The notes under the pieces: generated by a model
The model's input: the letters and a program-made list of their open reading frames with translations, nothing else
Databases searched by the model: none
Told to the model about the DNA's origin: nothing
Origin: Candidatus Omnitrophota bacterium
GTDB taxonomy: Bacteria; Omnitrophota; Gorgyraeia; JABMRG01; JAFGKX01
Direction of reading: 5' to 3'
DNA: 64,000 nt
Assembly: GCA_043797125.1 (NCBI GenBank)
Contig: JAZDPX010000014.1
Coordinates: 1,755-65,754, forward strand
Made by a program: the position numbers and the translations under genes
In this document: positions 49,605 to 59,234 of the stretch, piece after piece
Layout of the letters: each line of letters begins with the position of its first letter
Position numbering within the stretch: the stretch's first letter is position 1

Positions 49605-50936
49605 ATGAAAAAAAAATTGACGAAAAAAGATGTTGCGAGAATCGTTAAGGATAAAAAAATCAAGAACATACACCTTTGGTTTACGGATATTTTGGGCAAT
49701 CTTAAATGCTGCACCATAACAAACGATGAATTAGCCGATGTGCTGGATCATAATAAGGGTTTTGACGGCTCTTCGGTTGCCGGATTCGCGGAGGCTGAAG
49801 AAAGCGACATACTGGCAAAACCTGATCCTTCAACATTTCAGATACTGCCGTGGGAGGGTGAGGACGGCGCTGTAGGCAGAATGTTTTGCGATATATTAAA
49901 CCCTGACGGCAGCCCCTATACAGGCGACCCTCGCTACGCGTTGAAAAGAAATATTGAGCGGGCCAGGAAAATGGGATTCACCTTTTATATCGGAGCCGAA
50001 GTCGAGTATTTTTATTTTAAAAGGCATACCAGCCCGGAATTATTAGACGAAGGCCACTATTTTGATGTTATACCCAACGACCTTGCTAATAAGCTCAGGA
50101 AAAAGACCATAGATGTGTTAAAACAGGTCGGGATTCAGATTGAGACAGCGCATCATGAAGTGGCACCGAGCCAGCACGAGATAGACCCAAGGTATTGCGA
50201 GGCCCTTGAAATGGCGGATAAGATAATGACCTTTAAGCTTGTTATAAAAGAAGTGGCGCAGCAGCACGGGGTTTACGCGAGTTTCATGCCCAAGCCTATT
50301 TTCGGAGAAAACGGCTCCGGCATGCACACGCACCAGTCCTTGTTTAGAGGAAAAAGCAACGCCTTTTTCTCAAAAAGCGATAAATATTATCTGTCTACAG
50401 TTGCAAAACAATTTATAGCCGGGCAGTTAAAACACGCGCGTGAAATATGCGCGATAACAGCCCAATGGGTAAACTCGTATAAGAGGCTTGTGCCCGGTTA
50501 CGAGGCGCCTGTTTACATATCATGGGCGCAAAAAAACAGGACTACGCTTATCAGGATTCCGGTATATAGGCCCGGCAACCGCCAGGCCATGCGCGCGGAA
50601 TTGCGCTGCCCTGACCCCGCGTGTAATCCTTATCTGGCATTTGCCGTTATGCTGGCAGCCGGATTAGAGGGCATCGAGAAAAAATATAAGTTGCCCGATC
50701 CTATCGAGCCCAACATATACAAAATGGAAATGCCTGAAAGAGAAGCAAGGGGCCTTAAATCTTTGCCGGTTAATTTATTTGAGGCAATTAAAGAAACTGA
50801 GAGAAGCAAGCTGGTGAAGGATGCCCTTGGAGAACATATACACTCAAGGTTTTTATATAACAAGATTAAAGAGTGGGAAGAGGATAGGATACAGGTTACT
50901 TCTCACGAGATAAAAAAGTATTTACCTGTTTTGTAG
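49605..50936 (+). CDS. glnA: Glutamine synthetase (type I-like, 443 aa)
   Basis: HLWFTDILG, GSSVAGF, FGENGSGMHTHQS and NPYLAFAVMLAAGL motifs. Confidence 0.85.
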   Translation: MKKKLTKKDVARIVKDKKIKNIHLWFTDILGNLKCCTITNDELADVLDHNKGFDGSSVAGFAEAEESDILAKPDPSTFQILPWEGEDGAVGRMFCDILNPDGSPYTGDPRYALKRNIERARKMGFTFYIGAEVEYFYFKRHTSPELLDEGHYFDVIPNDLANKLRKKTIDVLKQVGIQIETAHHEVAPSQHEIDPRYCEALEMADKIMTFKLVIKEVAQQHGVYASFMPKPIFGENGSGMHTHQSLFRGKSNAFFSKSDKYYLSTVAKQFIAGQLKHAREICAITAQWVNSYKRLVPGYEAPVYISWAQKNRTTLIRIPVYRPGNRQAMRAELRCPDPACNPYLAFAVMLAAGLEGIEKKYKLPDPIEPNIYKMEMPEREARGLKSLPVNLFEAIKETERSKLVKDALGEHIHSRFLYNKIKEWEEDRIQVTSHEIKKYLPVL

Positions 50937-50950
50937 ACGAGTATTTATCC

Positions 50951-50992
50951 ACAACCGTAGCGGAGCCTTAAGGCTCCGCTACGGTTGTTTTT
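50951..50992 (+). terminator. Rho-independent terminator after glnA (perfect 17-bp stem, TTAA loop, T5 tract); overlaps the 3' end of convergent lpxB
   Basis: acaaccgtagcggagcc-TTAA-ggctccgctacggttgt-TTTT. Confidence 0.7.
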
Positions 50993-52125
50993 AGGAAAGC
51001 AACAACTTCCTTTGCGGCCCTGGCAGAGGCCCCGGGCGAACCTAATCTATTTTTCAATTCAAGAAGTTCTCTTTTTTGCTCTTGCCATAAACTTTCATCC
51101 TGAACCAATTTTACTATGCGATCTGCTATTGCCCCCGGCGTTGCTTTATATTGAAGGAATTCGGGAACAATCATTTTATTAGCCACAACATTTACCAGGC
51201 CTATATACGGAATTTTTATTATAGACCTTGTAATGCAATATGTCAGTAACCCTACTTTATACACAATTGCCATGGGCACGCCCAAAAGAGCTGTTTCTAG
51301 GGTTGCGGTTCCGGAAGCCACCATAGCGGCTTTGCACATACTTATAACATTGTAAGTATCCCCGCGTATAATGTGAGCTTTAAAGTTTAAATTTTTTAAT
51401 ATATCATCGATAAGGTTGGGCTTGAGGGTTTTTGCGAGAGGAAGCAGAAACTGCACATTATTGTCCCCTAATTTTTTTTGTATTAGCTTAGCGGATTTAA
51501 CCATAATAGGAAGGATCCTTACCGCCTCGTAGTTTCTTGAGCCGGGCAGAATTCCTATTGTTATTTTTTCGGGGGAAAGCCCGTATTTGACGAAAAGGCT
51601 GTATTTTTCCTGGGTGGGTTTTGCATCATCAAGCAGGGGATGGCCGACAAAACTTACATCCACACCTTCCTTCCTGTATAGAGATTCCTCAAAGTCAAAA
51701 AAGACAACCATCTTATTTATTAGGCGCCTTATCTTTTTTATACGCCCTGGCCCCCATGCCCATATTTGAGGGCTTATGTAATATATTATTGGTATTGAAA
51801 GCGATTTTAGGACTTTTGCGATTTTCAGGTTAAAGCCGGGGCAGTCTATGAGTATGGCGTAATCGGGCTTGTGCTGTTTTATATAATTGCATAAGCCATA
51901 ATACATGGCCCTTATCTTTTTATAATGCCTTATGACATCTACCGGGCCTATTACAGCCAAGCCCGACATGTTATAGATTATGTTGATGCCGGCATTTTGC
52001 ATGTCCACGCCGCCGATGCCAAAAAATGTTATATCTTTATCGATTTTTTTTATTGATTCTACCAACGAGGCGGCATGATGGTCGCCGGATGCCTCACCCG
52101 CTATTAGTAGAATTTTTTTAGGCAT
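50968..52125 (-). CDS. lpxB: Lipid-A-disaccharide synthase
   Basis: MPKKILLIAGEASGDHHAASLV N-terminus (GT19 family), 385 aa. Confidence 0.85.
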   Translation of the reverse strand: MPKKILLIAGEASGDHHAASLVESIKKIDKDITFFGIGGVDMQNAGINIIYNMSGLAVIGPVDVIRHYKKIRAMYYGLCNYIKQHKPDYAILIDCPGFNLKIAKVLKSLSIPIIYYISPQIWAWGPGRIKKIRRLINKMVVFFDFEESLYRKEGVDVSFVGHPLLDDAKPTQEKYSLFVKYGLSPEKITIGILPGSRNYEAVRILPIMVKSAKLIQKKLGDNNVQFLLPLAKTLKPNLIDDILKNLNFKAHIIRGDTYNVISMCKAAMVASGTATLETALLGVPMAIVYKVGLLTYCITRSIIKIPYIGLVNVVANKMIVPEFLQYKATPGAIADRIVKLVQDESLWQEQKRELLELKNRLGSPGASARAAKEVVAFLKTTVAEP

Positions 52126-53044
52126 GAGGTTGGGAGTGGATTTTATCGATTATTTCCAGGGCGATCTTTAATGCATCCCGGCCCTCTTCTCCGGAAACAA
52201 GAGGCTTTTTGCCTAACCTGATGCACTCGATAAAAGAACTAAGCTCTTTGTTTAGCGGCTGTTGTTTTTTGATGTTTATTTTACGCGGGATGATCAACTT
52301 GCCGAATTTTCTATATAGAACAGCTTCCTGTTTTATATAATTTATTGAAATGTACGCTCCGGGCTGGAAGATTCTTATTTTTCTAAGAGGGTTCGTGCTT
52401 ACGCGGCTTGCAGTGATGTTGCATGTTGCGCCGTTTGCAAACTTAATCCTGGCGTTTGCTATGTCTTCGTGTTTTGTTAAAATGCTTACGCCGACCGCAT
52501 CAATGCTGACAACCTTTTCTTTTATCAGACCTAATATAATGTCAATGTCGTGAATCATCAAGTCCAGGACTACGCCGACATCAGCTACCCTCGGGGTGAA
52601 AGGCCCGAGCCTGTCGCATTCTATAAATTTTATATCGCCTTTTAACTTTTGGAAGGCCTCTATCGCGGAATTAAATCTTTCAATATGCCCGACAGAGAGG
52701 ACCAGGTTGTTTTTGGCCGCCACCGATAGAAGAGAATCCGCTTCTTCTACGGATGTGGTGATAGGTTTTTCTATAAGAAGGTGTGTGTTTGCGTTAAGAA
52801 AATCTTTCGATATTTTATAATGCAAAGAGGTGGGCGTAGCGATGCTGGCAGCATCAACAGCCCCCAGCAGGTCTTTATAATCAGTATAGTAAGCGGTGTT
52901 ATATTCAGCAGCTACCTGCATGGCAGTTTTTTTGTTAATATCGCATACCCCTGCCAAATGGACATCTTTAAGCTGCGAATAGATTTTCGCATGCAAAGAG
53001 CCCAACTTGCCGGCGCCTATAACCGCTACTTTTAGCTTATTCAT
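52118..53044 (-). CDS. Gfo/Idh/MocA-family NAD(P)-dependent oxidoreductase, cotranscribed with lpxB (possibly a sugar-nucleotide dehydrogenase)
   Basis: Rossmann N-terminus MNKLKVAVIGAGKLG...; EKP motif; translationally coupled to lpxB (8-nt overlap). Confidence 0.75.
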   Translation of the reverse strand: MNKLKVAVIGAGKLGSLHAKIYSQLKDVHLAGVCDINKKTAMQVAAEYNTAYYTDYKDLLGAVDAASIATPTSLHYKISKDFLNANTHLLIEKPITTSVEEADSLLSVAAKNNLVLSVGHIERFNSAIEAFQKLKGDIKFIECDRLGPFTPRVADVGVVLDLMIHDIDIILGLIKEKVVSIDAVGVSILTKHEDIANARIKFANGATCNITASRVSTNPLRKIRIFQPGAYISINYIKQEAVLYRKFGKLIIPRKINIKKQQPLNKELSSFIECIRLGKKPLVSGEEGRDALKIALEIIDKIHSQPHA

Positions 53045-53236
53045 CTTTAATCCTTAAAAAACGTATTATAGCATTTTAGCGGTATCGGGTCAAGGTATTC
53101 TGGTGTGGAGTTACCCCTCGCTCTTAGCGCCAGGCTTTTTACTCGACAATGAAGGGCATACATGATAAAATAACTGCCTTGAAAACATAGGGGACGGTTC
53201 TCACCCAAGCGTGAGAAATGTCCCCATAAACCCCGA

Positions 53237-55048
53237 ATGAAAGACTATATCAGGCTCATAAAATACACGAGGCCGCACACGTTGGTGCTTTTGTCGGCTT
53301 TTGTGTTCAGCATCCTGGCCCAGGTATTCCAGCCCATATCAATAGTCGCGCTTATACCATTATTAGGCAAAGTCCTGATAGGCGAGAATATCGTATTGGC
53401 CAATACCAGCATGCCGCCTTTTTTTTACACGTTATTGGAAAAAATAAATACCATGCCCAGGATAACGCTGCTTAATAATTTTATGATTTTTTATTTCATA
53501 ATATTTATTTTAAAATTAATATTCACGTATTTCCAGCAATATCTTATGAGGGAAACCTCCCAGCGCATTGTAAAAGATATAAGAGACCACATATACGAGA
53601 AGCTATTAAGCCTGTCCATGCAATTTTACAGTTCTTCTAAAACAGGCACCCTTGTCTCGCGTATAACATATGACAGCACCGTCGTGCAGGACGCTGTTTC
53701 AGAGGGGCTTACTGATCTTATATCGCATGGCGCGCTCCTTGTGTTTTCTGTGATAACATTGATAGTCACCGCCAGGGCTTTTAACATACCCTTAGGCTGG
53801 GTTTCTATGTCGCTTTTATTGCCCCCATTAATTATCGGGCCTGTTATAAGAATAGGGAAACGCCTTAAGCAGATTAGCAAGCTCGCCCAGGAGGCGATGG
53901 CTGAAATAAACAATTCATTATACGAGACAATATCCGGCATTAGGATAGTCAAGGCTTTTTCAATGGAGCCATACGAACATGGCAGGTTTAAAAACAAAAG
54001 CTTTGCGTTTAAGAAGGCTACGATGAAATCCAACAAGAGGATTCTGGCAATAAGCCCCATTTCAGAGCTTGCTCTTACAGCGTGCGGATTGGTTATTATT
54101 TGGTTTGGCGGCAAGGAAATAATTGCCAACACGATGAGGGTCGAGGTTTTGATTGCTTTTGTTTTATTGCTTGCGTCATTGGCCAAGCCTTTAAACAGGT
54201 TAAGCAGGGTTCATAGCGTAAATCAGAATGCCCTTGCTGCCGCAGCCAGGATTTTTGAATTGTTGGACACAAAGCAGGATATAGCAGAAACAGAGAACGC
54301 CCAAGAGCTGCCAAAGGCATGGGAAAGAATAGAATTTAAGGACGTCAACTTCTCATACGAGGAAAAACCAACATTAAAGGATATAAACCTTGAAGTTAAA
54401 TCCGGGCAGATAGTTGCCTTGGTGGGCCCGAGCGGCTCGGGCAAGACCACGCTCGTTAACCTGATACCGCGTTTTTATGACCCGCAAAAAGGCTCTATCC
54501 TGATAGGCGGGTCAAACCTTAAAAGCGTTACCCTGAAATCGTTAAGAGACCAAATAGGCTTAGTTACCCAAGATACAATATTGTTTAACGATACCGTCTA
54601 CAGCAACATAGCCTACGGCAACAAAACAATAGATCAAGATAAGGTAGTTGCTGCCGCCAAAACCGCCAATGCGCATGATTTTATTATGAAGATGCCCCAG
54701 GAATACGATACTATGATAGGTGAGCGCGGTTTTAAGATTTCAGGCGGAGAAAAGCAAAGGTTGGCAATTGCAAGGGCAGTGCTTAAGAATCCTCCTATCC
54801 TTATCTTCGACGAAGCCACGTCCCAGCTTGATACGCAGTCCGAGATTTTAGTCCAGGACGCCATCGATAAATTAATGAGCGGAAGGACCGTGTTTGTCGT
54901 GGCCCACAGGCTTTCAACCATAAAACACGCGGCCAAAATCATGGTTCTGGATAAAGGCATGATTGTTGACAGCGGCACGCACGAAGAGCTTATAGGGCAT
55001 AAGGGGCTGTATAAGCTGCTTTACGACATGCAATTCAAAAATATGTGA
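53237..55048 (+). CDS. msbA: Lipid A/lipid ABC exporter MsbA-type (TMD-NBD half transporter)
   Basis: Six-TM N-terminal domain; Walker A GPSGSGKTT, ABC signature LSGGEKQRLAIARA, Walker B ILIFDEATS. Confidence 0.85.
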   Translation: MKDYIRLIKYTRPHTLVLLSAFVFSILAQVFQPISIVALIPLLGKVLIGENIVLANTSMPPFFYTLLEKINTMPRITLLNNFMIFYFIIFILKLIFTYFQQYLMRETSQRIVKDIRDHIYEKLLSLSMQFYSSSKTGTLVSRITYDSTVVQDAVSEGLTDLISHGALLVFSVITLIVTARAFNIPLGWVSMSLLLPPLIIGPVIRIGKRLKQISKLAQEAMAEINNSLYETISGIRIVKAFSMEPYEHGRFKNKSFAFKKATMKSNKRILAISPISELALTACGLVIIWFGGKEIIANTMRVEVLIAFVLLLASLAKPLNRLSRVHSVNQNALAAAARIFELLDTKQDIAETENAQELPKAWERIEFKDVNFSYEEKPTLKDINLEVKSGQIVALVGPSGSGKTTLVNLIPRFYDPQKGSILIGGSNLKSVTLKSLRDQIGLVTQDTILFNDTVYSNIAYGNKTIDQDKVVAAAKTANAHDFIMKMPQEYDTMIGERGFKISGGEKQRLAIARAVLKNPPILIFDEATSQLDTQSEILVQDAIDKLMSGRTVFVVAHRLSTIKHAAKIMVLDKGMIVDSGTHEELIGHKGLYKLLYDMQFKNM

Positions 55049-55147
55049 TTTTATGGTTTTTCCCCTTGCAAATACTGACTTTTATGGTATAATTTCTCGT
55101 TAAATATAGCTGTATCAACAATAATACATAGTGTAATATCACACGAA

Positions 55148-55226
55148 AGTCCCTCGCTTCGCTCGGGACAATCCGCATGAATTTTGATAACGGAACCGAG
55201 CAAAGCGCGAGGACGGATTGGAGGAA
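55148..55226 (+). promoter_or_regulatory. Structured rpsB 5' leader containing the CCCTCGCTTCGCTCGGGAC repeat and an imperfect inverted repeat
   Basis: CCTCGCTTCGCTCGG ... CCGAGCAAAGCGCGAGG imperfect inverted repeat ending just before the GGAGG RBS of rpsB. Confidence 0.4.
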
Positions 55227-55231
55227 CACAT

Positions 55232-55987
55232 TTGACTACAACGCTTATTAAACAGTTACTTGAGGCAGGAGTCCATTTCGGCCATCAGGCGAAGAGGTGG
55301 AATCCAAAAATGGCCCCGTTTATTTTCGGCCATAGAAACAAGATTTACATAATAGACCTTGAAAAGACAGCTCAGAGCCTGCAAAAGGCATGCAAATTCG
55401 TAACAGAGCTTGTCGCTAAGGGAGGGTGCGTACTTTTTGTAGGCACAAAAAGGCAGGCCAAAGATATAATAATAGAAGAGGCCAAGCGCTGCGAAATGTT
55501 TTATGTAAGCGAGAGATGGCTGGGAGGCGCGCTAACTAATTTTTCAACAATAGCAAAAAGAATCGCGAGGATGAAAAAACTTAGGCAGCAGAAACAAGAC
55601 GGTTCTTTTGAAGCTATCACCAAAAAAGAGGCCATGATGCTTAGCAAGGAATTGCAGAAGCTTGAGAAAAATTTAGGCGGCATAGCTGATATGGACAAGC
55701 TTCCCGGAGCGGTTTTTGTTATAGACCCAAAGAGAGAAACCACTGCGGTAAGGGAAGCTGACAAGCTGGGCATTCCTATAATCGCCCTTATTGATACGGA
55801 TTGCGATCCTGATATGATAGATTACCCCATACCGGGCAACGACGATGCGATAAGGTCAATAAAACTTGTAACCACGCTTATTGCTGACAGCGCCCAGGAA
55901 GGCAAAAAGAAATTTGTTGAGGGAGAAAAACTAAAAAAATTAGAAAAGGCAGAAAGAGAAGATGAAACTGCGGGTAAATCAAAATAG
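55232..55987 (+). CDS. rpsB: Ribosomal protein S2
   Basis: (L/M)[29 protein letters not shown] start 6 nt after GGAGG; the track ORF extends upstream into the leader. Confidence 0.85.
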   Translation: MTTTLIKQLLEAGVHFGHQAKRWNPKMAPFIFGHRNKIYIIDLEKTAQSLQKACKFVTELVAKGGCVLFVGTKRQAKDIIIEEAKRCEMFYVSERWLGGALTNFSTIAKRIARMKKLRQQKQDGSFEAITKKEAMMLSKELQKLEKNLGGIADMDKLPGAVFVIDPKRETTAVREADKLGIPIIALIDTDCDPDMIDYPIPGNDDAIRSIKLVTTLIADSAQEGKKKFVEGEKLKKLEKAEREDETAGKSK

Positions 55988-55997
55988 CGGAGTATAC

Positions 55998-56591
55998 ATG
56001 GCAAGCGATTTAGATAAAATCAAGGACTTAAGAGAAAAGACATCGGCAGGTATGATGGATTGTAAAATAGCGCTGGCTGAAGCTGGCGGCGATGAAGTTA
56101 AGGCTGTTGAAATCCTTCGTAAAAAGGGCGTAGCATTAGCGGCTAAAAAGGCATCGCGCACGGCAAAAGAGGGAGTAATTGCCTCTTATATACATACAAA
56201 TAACAAAATTGGGGTTTTGGTGGAGGTCAATTGCGAGACAGATTTTGTCGCCAGAAACGATGTATTTAAAAATTTTGTCAAAGACCTGACAATGCAGGTT
56301 GCCGCATCTTACCCCGTATATATAAGCAGAGAAGAAGTGCCTGCCGATGTTTTGGAAAAAGAAAAAGAAATAATCAAAGAGCAGCATAAAAACAAGCCTC
56401 AAAAAGCAATGGACAAGATTATAGAAGGCGGCATTGAAAAGTTTTACTCTCAGGCCTGCCTGCTGGAGCAGCCGTTTATTAAAGACCCTTCTAAAAATAT
56501 TAAGGCCCTGCTTACCGAAGTAATAGCCAAGACAGGCGAGAATATAATAGTGCGCAGATTTACCAGGTATCAGGCAGGAGAACAGATTTGA
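55998..56591 (+). CDS. tsf: Elongation factor Ts (short form)
   Basis: [26 protein letters not shown] (UBA-like N-terminus). Confidence 0.85.
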   Translation: MASDLDKIKDLREKTSAGMMDCKIALAEAGGDEVKAVEILRKKGVALAAKKASRTAKEGVIASYIHTNNKIGVLVEVNCETDFVARNDVFKNFVKDLTMQVAASYPVYISREEVPADVLEKEKEIIKEQHKNKPQKAMDKIIEGGIEKFYSQACLLEQPFIKDPSKNIKALLTEVIAKTGENIIVRRFTRYQAGEQI

Positions 56592-57310
56592 ACAAACCCG
56601 CCTATAAACGCGTAGTCCTTAAACTTAGCGGCGAAGCGCTTCAAGGTAAAAAAGGGTATGGCATTGATACCGATGTAACAAATGCCATCGCCCAGCAAAT
56701 AAAAGAGGTCCACAGCTTAAAAGTCCAGATAGCCGTAGTAATCGGCGGCGGCAATATTTTTAGAGGCGAGAAAGCATCCATAGGAGGAATGGACCGCTCG
56801 ACCGCAGATTACATGGGGATGCTCGCGACCGTAATAAACGGAATGGCTTTGCAGGATTCATTAGAAAAAGCAGGGGTATTTACCAGGATACAGACTGCCA
56901 TAGACATGAGGCAGTTGGCAGAGCCTTATATAAGGCGCAGGGCCATAAGGCACTTAGAAAAAAACAGGGTGGTCATCTTTGTGTGCGGCACTGGAAATCC
57001 TTATTTTACCACAGATACAACTGCCGCGCTAAGAGGCGCTGAAATAGGCGCTGATGTAATATTAAAAGCAACCAAGGTCGACGGAGTTTATTCGAAAGAC
57101 CCGATGAAGGACAAAGGCGCAAAGAGATTTAAACAGCTCACTTATATCGACGCGCTTAAAAAAAGGCTTAAGGTCATGGATTCCACAGCCATAAGCCTGT
57201 GCATGGAAAATAATTTACCTGTTATTGTATTTAATCTATTTCAAAAAGGAAACATAAAAAAAGTAATACTGGGCCATAACATAGGCACTACTATAAGAGG
57301 GAGGCAATAA
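56588..57310 (+). CDS. pyrH: UMP kinase
   Basis: [13 protein letters not shown] and [11 protein letters not shown] motifs; TTG start overlapping the tsf stop. Confidence 0.85.
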   Translation: MNKPAYKRVVLKLSGEALQGKKGYGIDTDVTNAIAQQIKEVHSLKVQIAVVIGGGNIFRGEKASIGGMDRSTADYMGMLATVINGMALQDSLEKAGVFTRIQTAIDMRQLAEPYIRRRAIRHLEKNRVVIFVCGTGNPYFTTDTTAALRGAEIGADVILKATKVDGVYSKDPMKDKGAKRFKQLTYIDALKKRLKVMDSTAISLCMENNLPVIVFNLFQKGNIKKVILGHNIGTTIRGRQ

Positions 57311-57311
57311 C

Positions 57312-57875
57312 ATGACTCCTGTGCAAGAGGTTATTAAAGACGCGAGAGAAAAAATGGAAAAGGCGCTTTTTGCAGCAAAGCGCGAATTTGGTACTATAAG
57401 GACAGGCAGGGCATCTTCAACCCTGGTAGAGGGTATACACGTTGATTATTACGGGGTAGCTACGCCTCTTAAGCAACTGGCCACGATTTCTGTTCCTGAC
57501 GTGAAACTCATAATTATACACCCATGGGACCAATCATGCATCAAAGCTGTTGAAAAGGCCATTTCCGAAAGCCCGCTGGGTATTATGCCGTCAAACGACG
57601 GAAAAGTTATCCGCATCAGCATACCCGCCCTTTCAGAAGAAAGAAGGCAGGAGTTTATTAAAGTTACCAAGAAAATGGCGGAAGACGGCAGGGTTTCGAT
57701 AAGGACCGTAAGAAGAGACGCTATTAATCACGTAAGGCAGCTTGAAAAAGACGCAAAGGCAACTGAGGATGATAGGTTTAATACAGAGAAAGAACTGCAA
57801 GAATTGACTGATAAATATATCAAGCAGGTAGATGAAATTCTTAAGCACAAAGAACAAGAATTGCTAGAAGTATAA
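57312..57875 (+). CDS. frr: Ribosome recycling factor
   Basis: Length 187 aa; DYYGVATPLKQLATISVPD and RRDAINH motifs. Confidence 0.9.
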   Translation: MTPVQEVIKDAREKMEKALFAAKREFGTIRTGRASSTLVEGIHVDYYGVATPLKQLATISVPDVKLIIIHPWDQSCIKAVEKAISESPLGIMPSNDGKVIRISIPALSEERRQEFIKVTKKMAEDGRVSIRTVRRDAINHVRQLEKDAKATEDDRFNTEKELQELTDKYIKQVDEILKHKEQELLEV

Positions 57876-57883
57876 AAATATGT

Positions 57884-57959
57884 GCCCCGCTAACTCATCT
57901 GGTAGAGTAACGCCCTTTTAAGGCGTGAGTGGCAGGTTCGAGTCCTGCGCGGGGTACCA
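57884..57959 (+). tRNA. tRNA-Lys (anticodon UUU), CCA encoded
   Basis: GCCCCGC acceptor, anticodon stem ACGCC/GGCGT with loop CTTTTAA, T-arm GGCAGGTTCGAGTCCTGC, ACCA end. Followed by a perfect palindrome caaagtttgc-aaa-gcaaactttg (57958-57982). Confidence 0.8.
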
Positions 57960-58050
57960 AAGTTTGCAAAGCAAACTTTGTCCCGAACAATGCGACGAAT
58001 AGAAGCATTGGAGGGGCATGAACTCATATTTTATAAACACAGGAGGTAAA

Positions 58051-58248
58051 ATGGAAGAAAAGCTGAGCAAATGCCCTTTATGCGGCGAAACTTTAGAATT
58101 AGATGAAGATTTGGAAGTCGGTGACACGCTATATTGCACAGGCTGCGATGAAGAATTAAAGATAGTCTCGCTTAGCCCTGTTCAACTGGAAGAAGCTACA
58201 GAGCCTTTAGAAGATTATGGCGACGATATTAATTATGACGAGCAATAA
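58051..58248 (+). CDS. LysW/ArgW-like amino-group carrier protein (zinc ribbon plus acidic C-terminal tail)
   Basis: MEEKLSKCPLCGETLELDEDLEVGDTLYCTGCDEELKIVSLSPVQLEE...EDYGDD closely matches the LysW pattern CPxCGxxLxL...CxxCGxELEVV..P..LE...EDWGE as recalled. GGAGG 6 nt upstream of ATG 58051. Confidence 0.55.
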   Translation: MEEKLSKCPLCGETLELDEDLEVGDTLYCTGCDEELKIVSLSPVQLEEATEPLEDYGDDINYDEQ

Positions 58249-58328
58249 CTAAAAGTCCGCCTGCGGGCGAGACAGGTCCGCCTTGCGGCGAGAGACAGGC
58301 TTGCCTACCGGCAGGCAGGGAGGAAAAC

Positions 58329-58739
58329 ATGTTAAGGAATTTTTTAGTTGTTTTATTAATTTGCGTTTCTAGCCTTATTTTGGCAGGCGCAAGCATGGCG
58401 CAGGATGAGGAAGTCGCTGCACAGGAAGCTGTTACACAGGAAGCTGCGGCGCAGGAAGTAGTGAAAGGAACGATCGGCGAAATTGCCGCAGACTCAAGCT
58501 ATATAATGGTTGACGCAACAAAGATATTAACCACGCCGGAATTTTTGGAAGATTCTTATTTGGAAGTCGGGGATAAGGTCGAAGTTATTGTTACAAAAAC
58601 AGAGCAGGGATTAAGCGCAGTCGATTATGATTACATATATGACGACGAAGAAACTGAAGAAGACATGGGCGCTATGGAAGACATGACGGAAGATGCCCAA
58701 GAAGGCACAATAGAAAAAACAGAGGATGATTTAGAATAG
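58329..58739 (+). CDS. Secreted acidic protein of unknown function
   Basis: Signal peptide MLRNFLVVLLICVSSLILAGASMA; Glu/Asp-rich C-terminal region. Confidence 0.6.
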   Translation: MLRNFLVVLLICVSSLILAGASMAQDEEVAAQEAVTQEAAAQEVVKGTIGEIAADSSYIMVDATKILTTPEFLEDSYLEVGDKVEVIVTKTEQGLSAVDYDYIYDDEETEEDMGAMEDMTEDAQEGTIEKTEDDLE

Positions 58740-58756
58740 GGTTATTTTATAACAAA

Positions 58757-58802
58757 ACAGCACCCCCGGTTTGTAAAAATACAAATTCGAGGGTGCTTTC
58801 TT
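58757..58802 (+). terminator. Candidate intrinsic terminator (compound hairpin followed by a T-rich tract)
   Basis: cagcaccc-ccgg-tttgta-aaaa-tacaaa-ttcga-gggtgct then ttcttttttat. Confidence 0.4.
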
Positions 58803-58880
58803 TTTTATATTAATCTTGCTCAAAGAGCGGCCTTGTTGTATTATAATATTGTATGTAAGTATTAAAAGGAGGGCGCTGCC

Positions 58881-59234
58881 ATGAGCAGAAAAAGGATTCT
58901 TGTAGTTGATGACGAAAAGGCCTGTTGTGAACTCCTAAAGGACTATTTTGTAAAACAAAACTTTATTGTAGATGTAGTTTCCGACGGAAAAGAGGCGCAA
59001 AGCCTCCTCCAAAACAACAAATACGAATATATAATCTTTGATTACAGCATGCCGTGCTTTTCCGGAGCTGATTTGGCAGAGGTAATAGCGGAGAAAAACC
59101 CGCAAGCTAAAAAAATCCTTATATCCGGCTATGACCTTGCCAACGATGAGGTTGCGCAGGATATAGGCGCGGACGTATTCCTTCGCAAGCCATTTGTCAT
59201 GGAAGACCTCGGCGCGATAGTAAAAGATGAATAA
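58881..59234 (+). CDS. Stand-alone response-regulator receiver domain protein
   Basis: KRILVVDDE ... DVVSDGKEA ... IIFDYSMP ... KILISGY ... DVFLRKPF (CheY-like). Confidence 0.8.
   Translation: MSRKRILVVDDEKACCELLKDYFVKQNFIVDVVSDGKEAQSLLQNNKYEYIIFDYSMPCFSGADLAEVIAEKNPQAKKILISGYDLANDEVAQDIGADVFLRKPFVMEDLGAIVKDE

Noticed and set aside
53180-53216. Hairpin ggggacggttctcac-ccaagc-gtgagaaatgtcccc just upstream of msbA as a terminator
   Set aside because: No downstream T-tract, and the upstream gene is on the opposite strand. More likely a 5' UTR structure, with insufficient evidence to call it regulatory.
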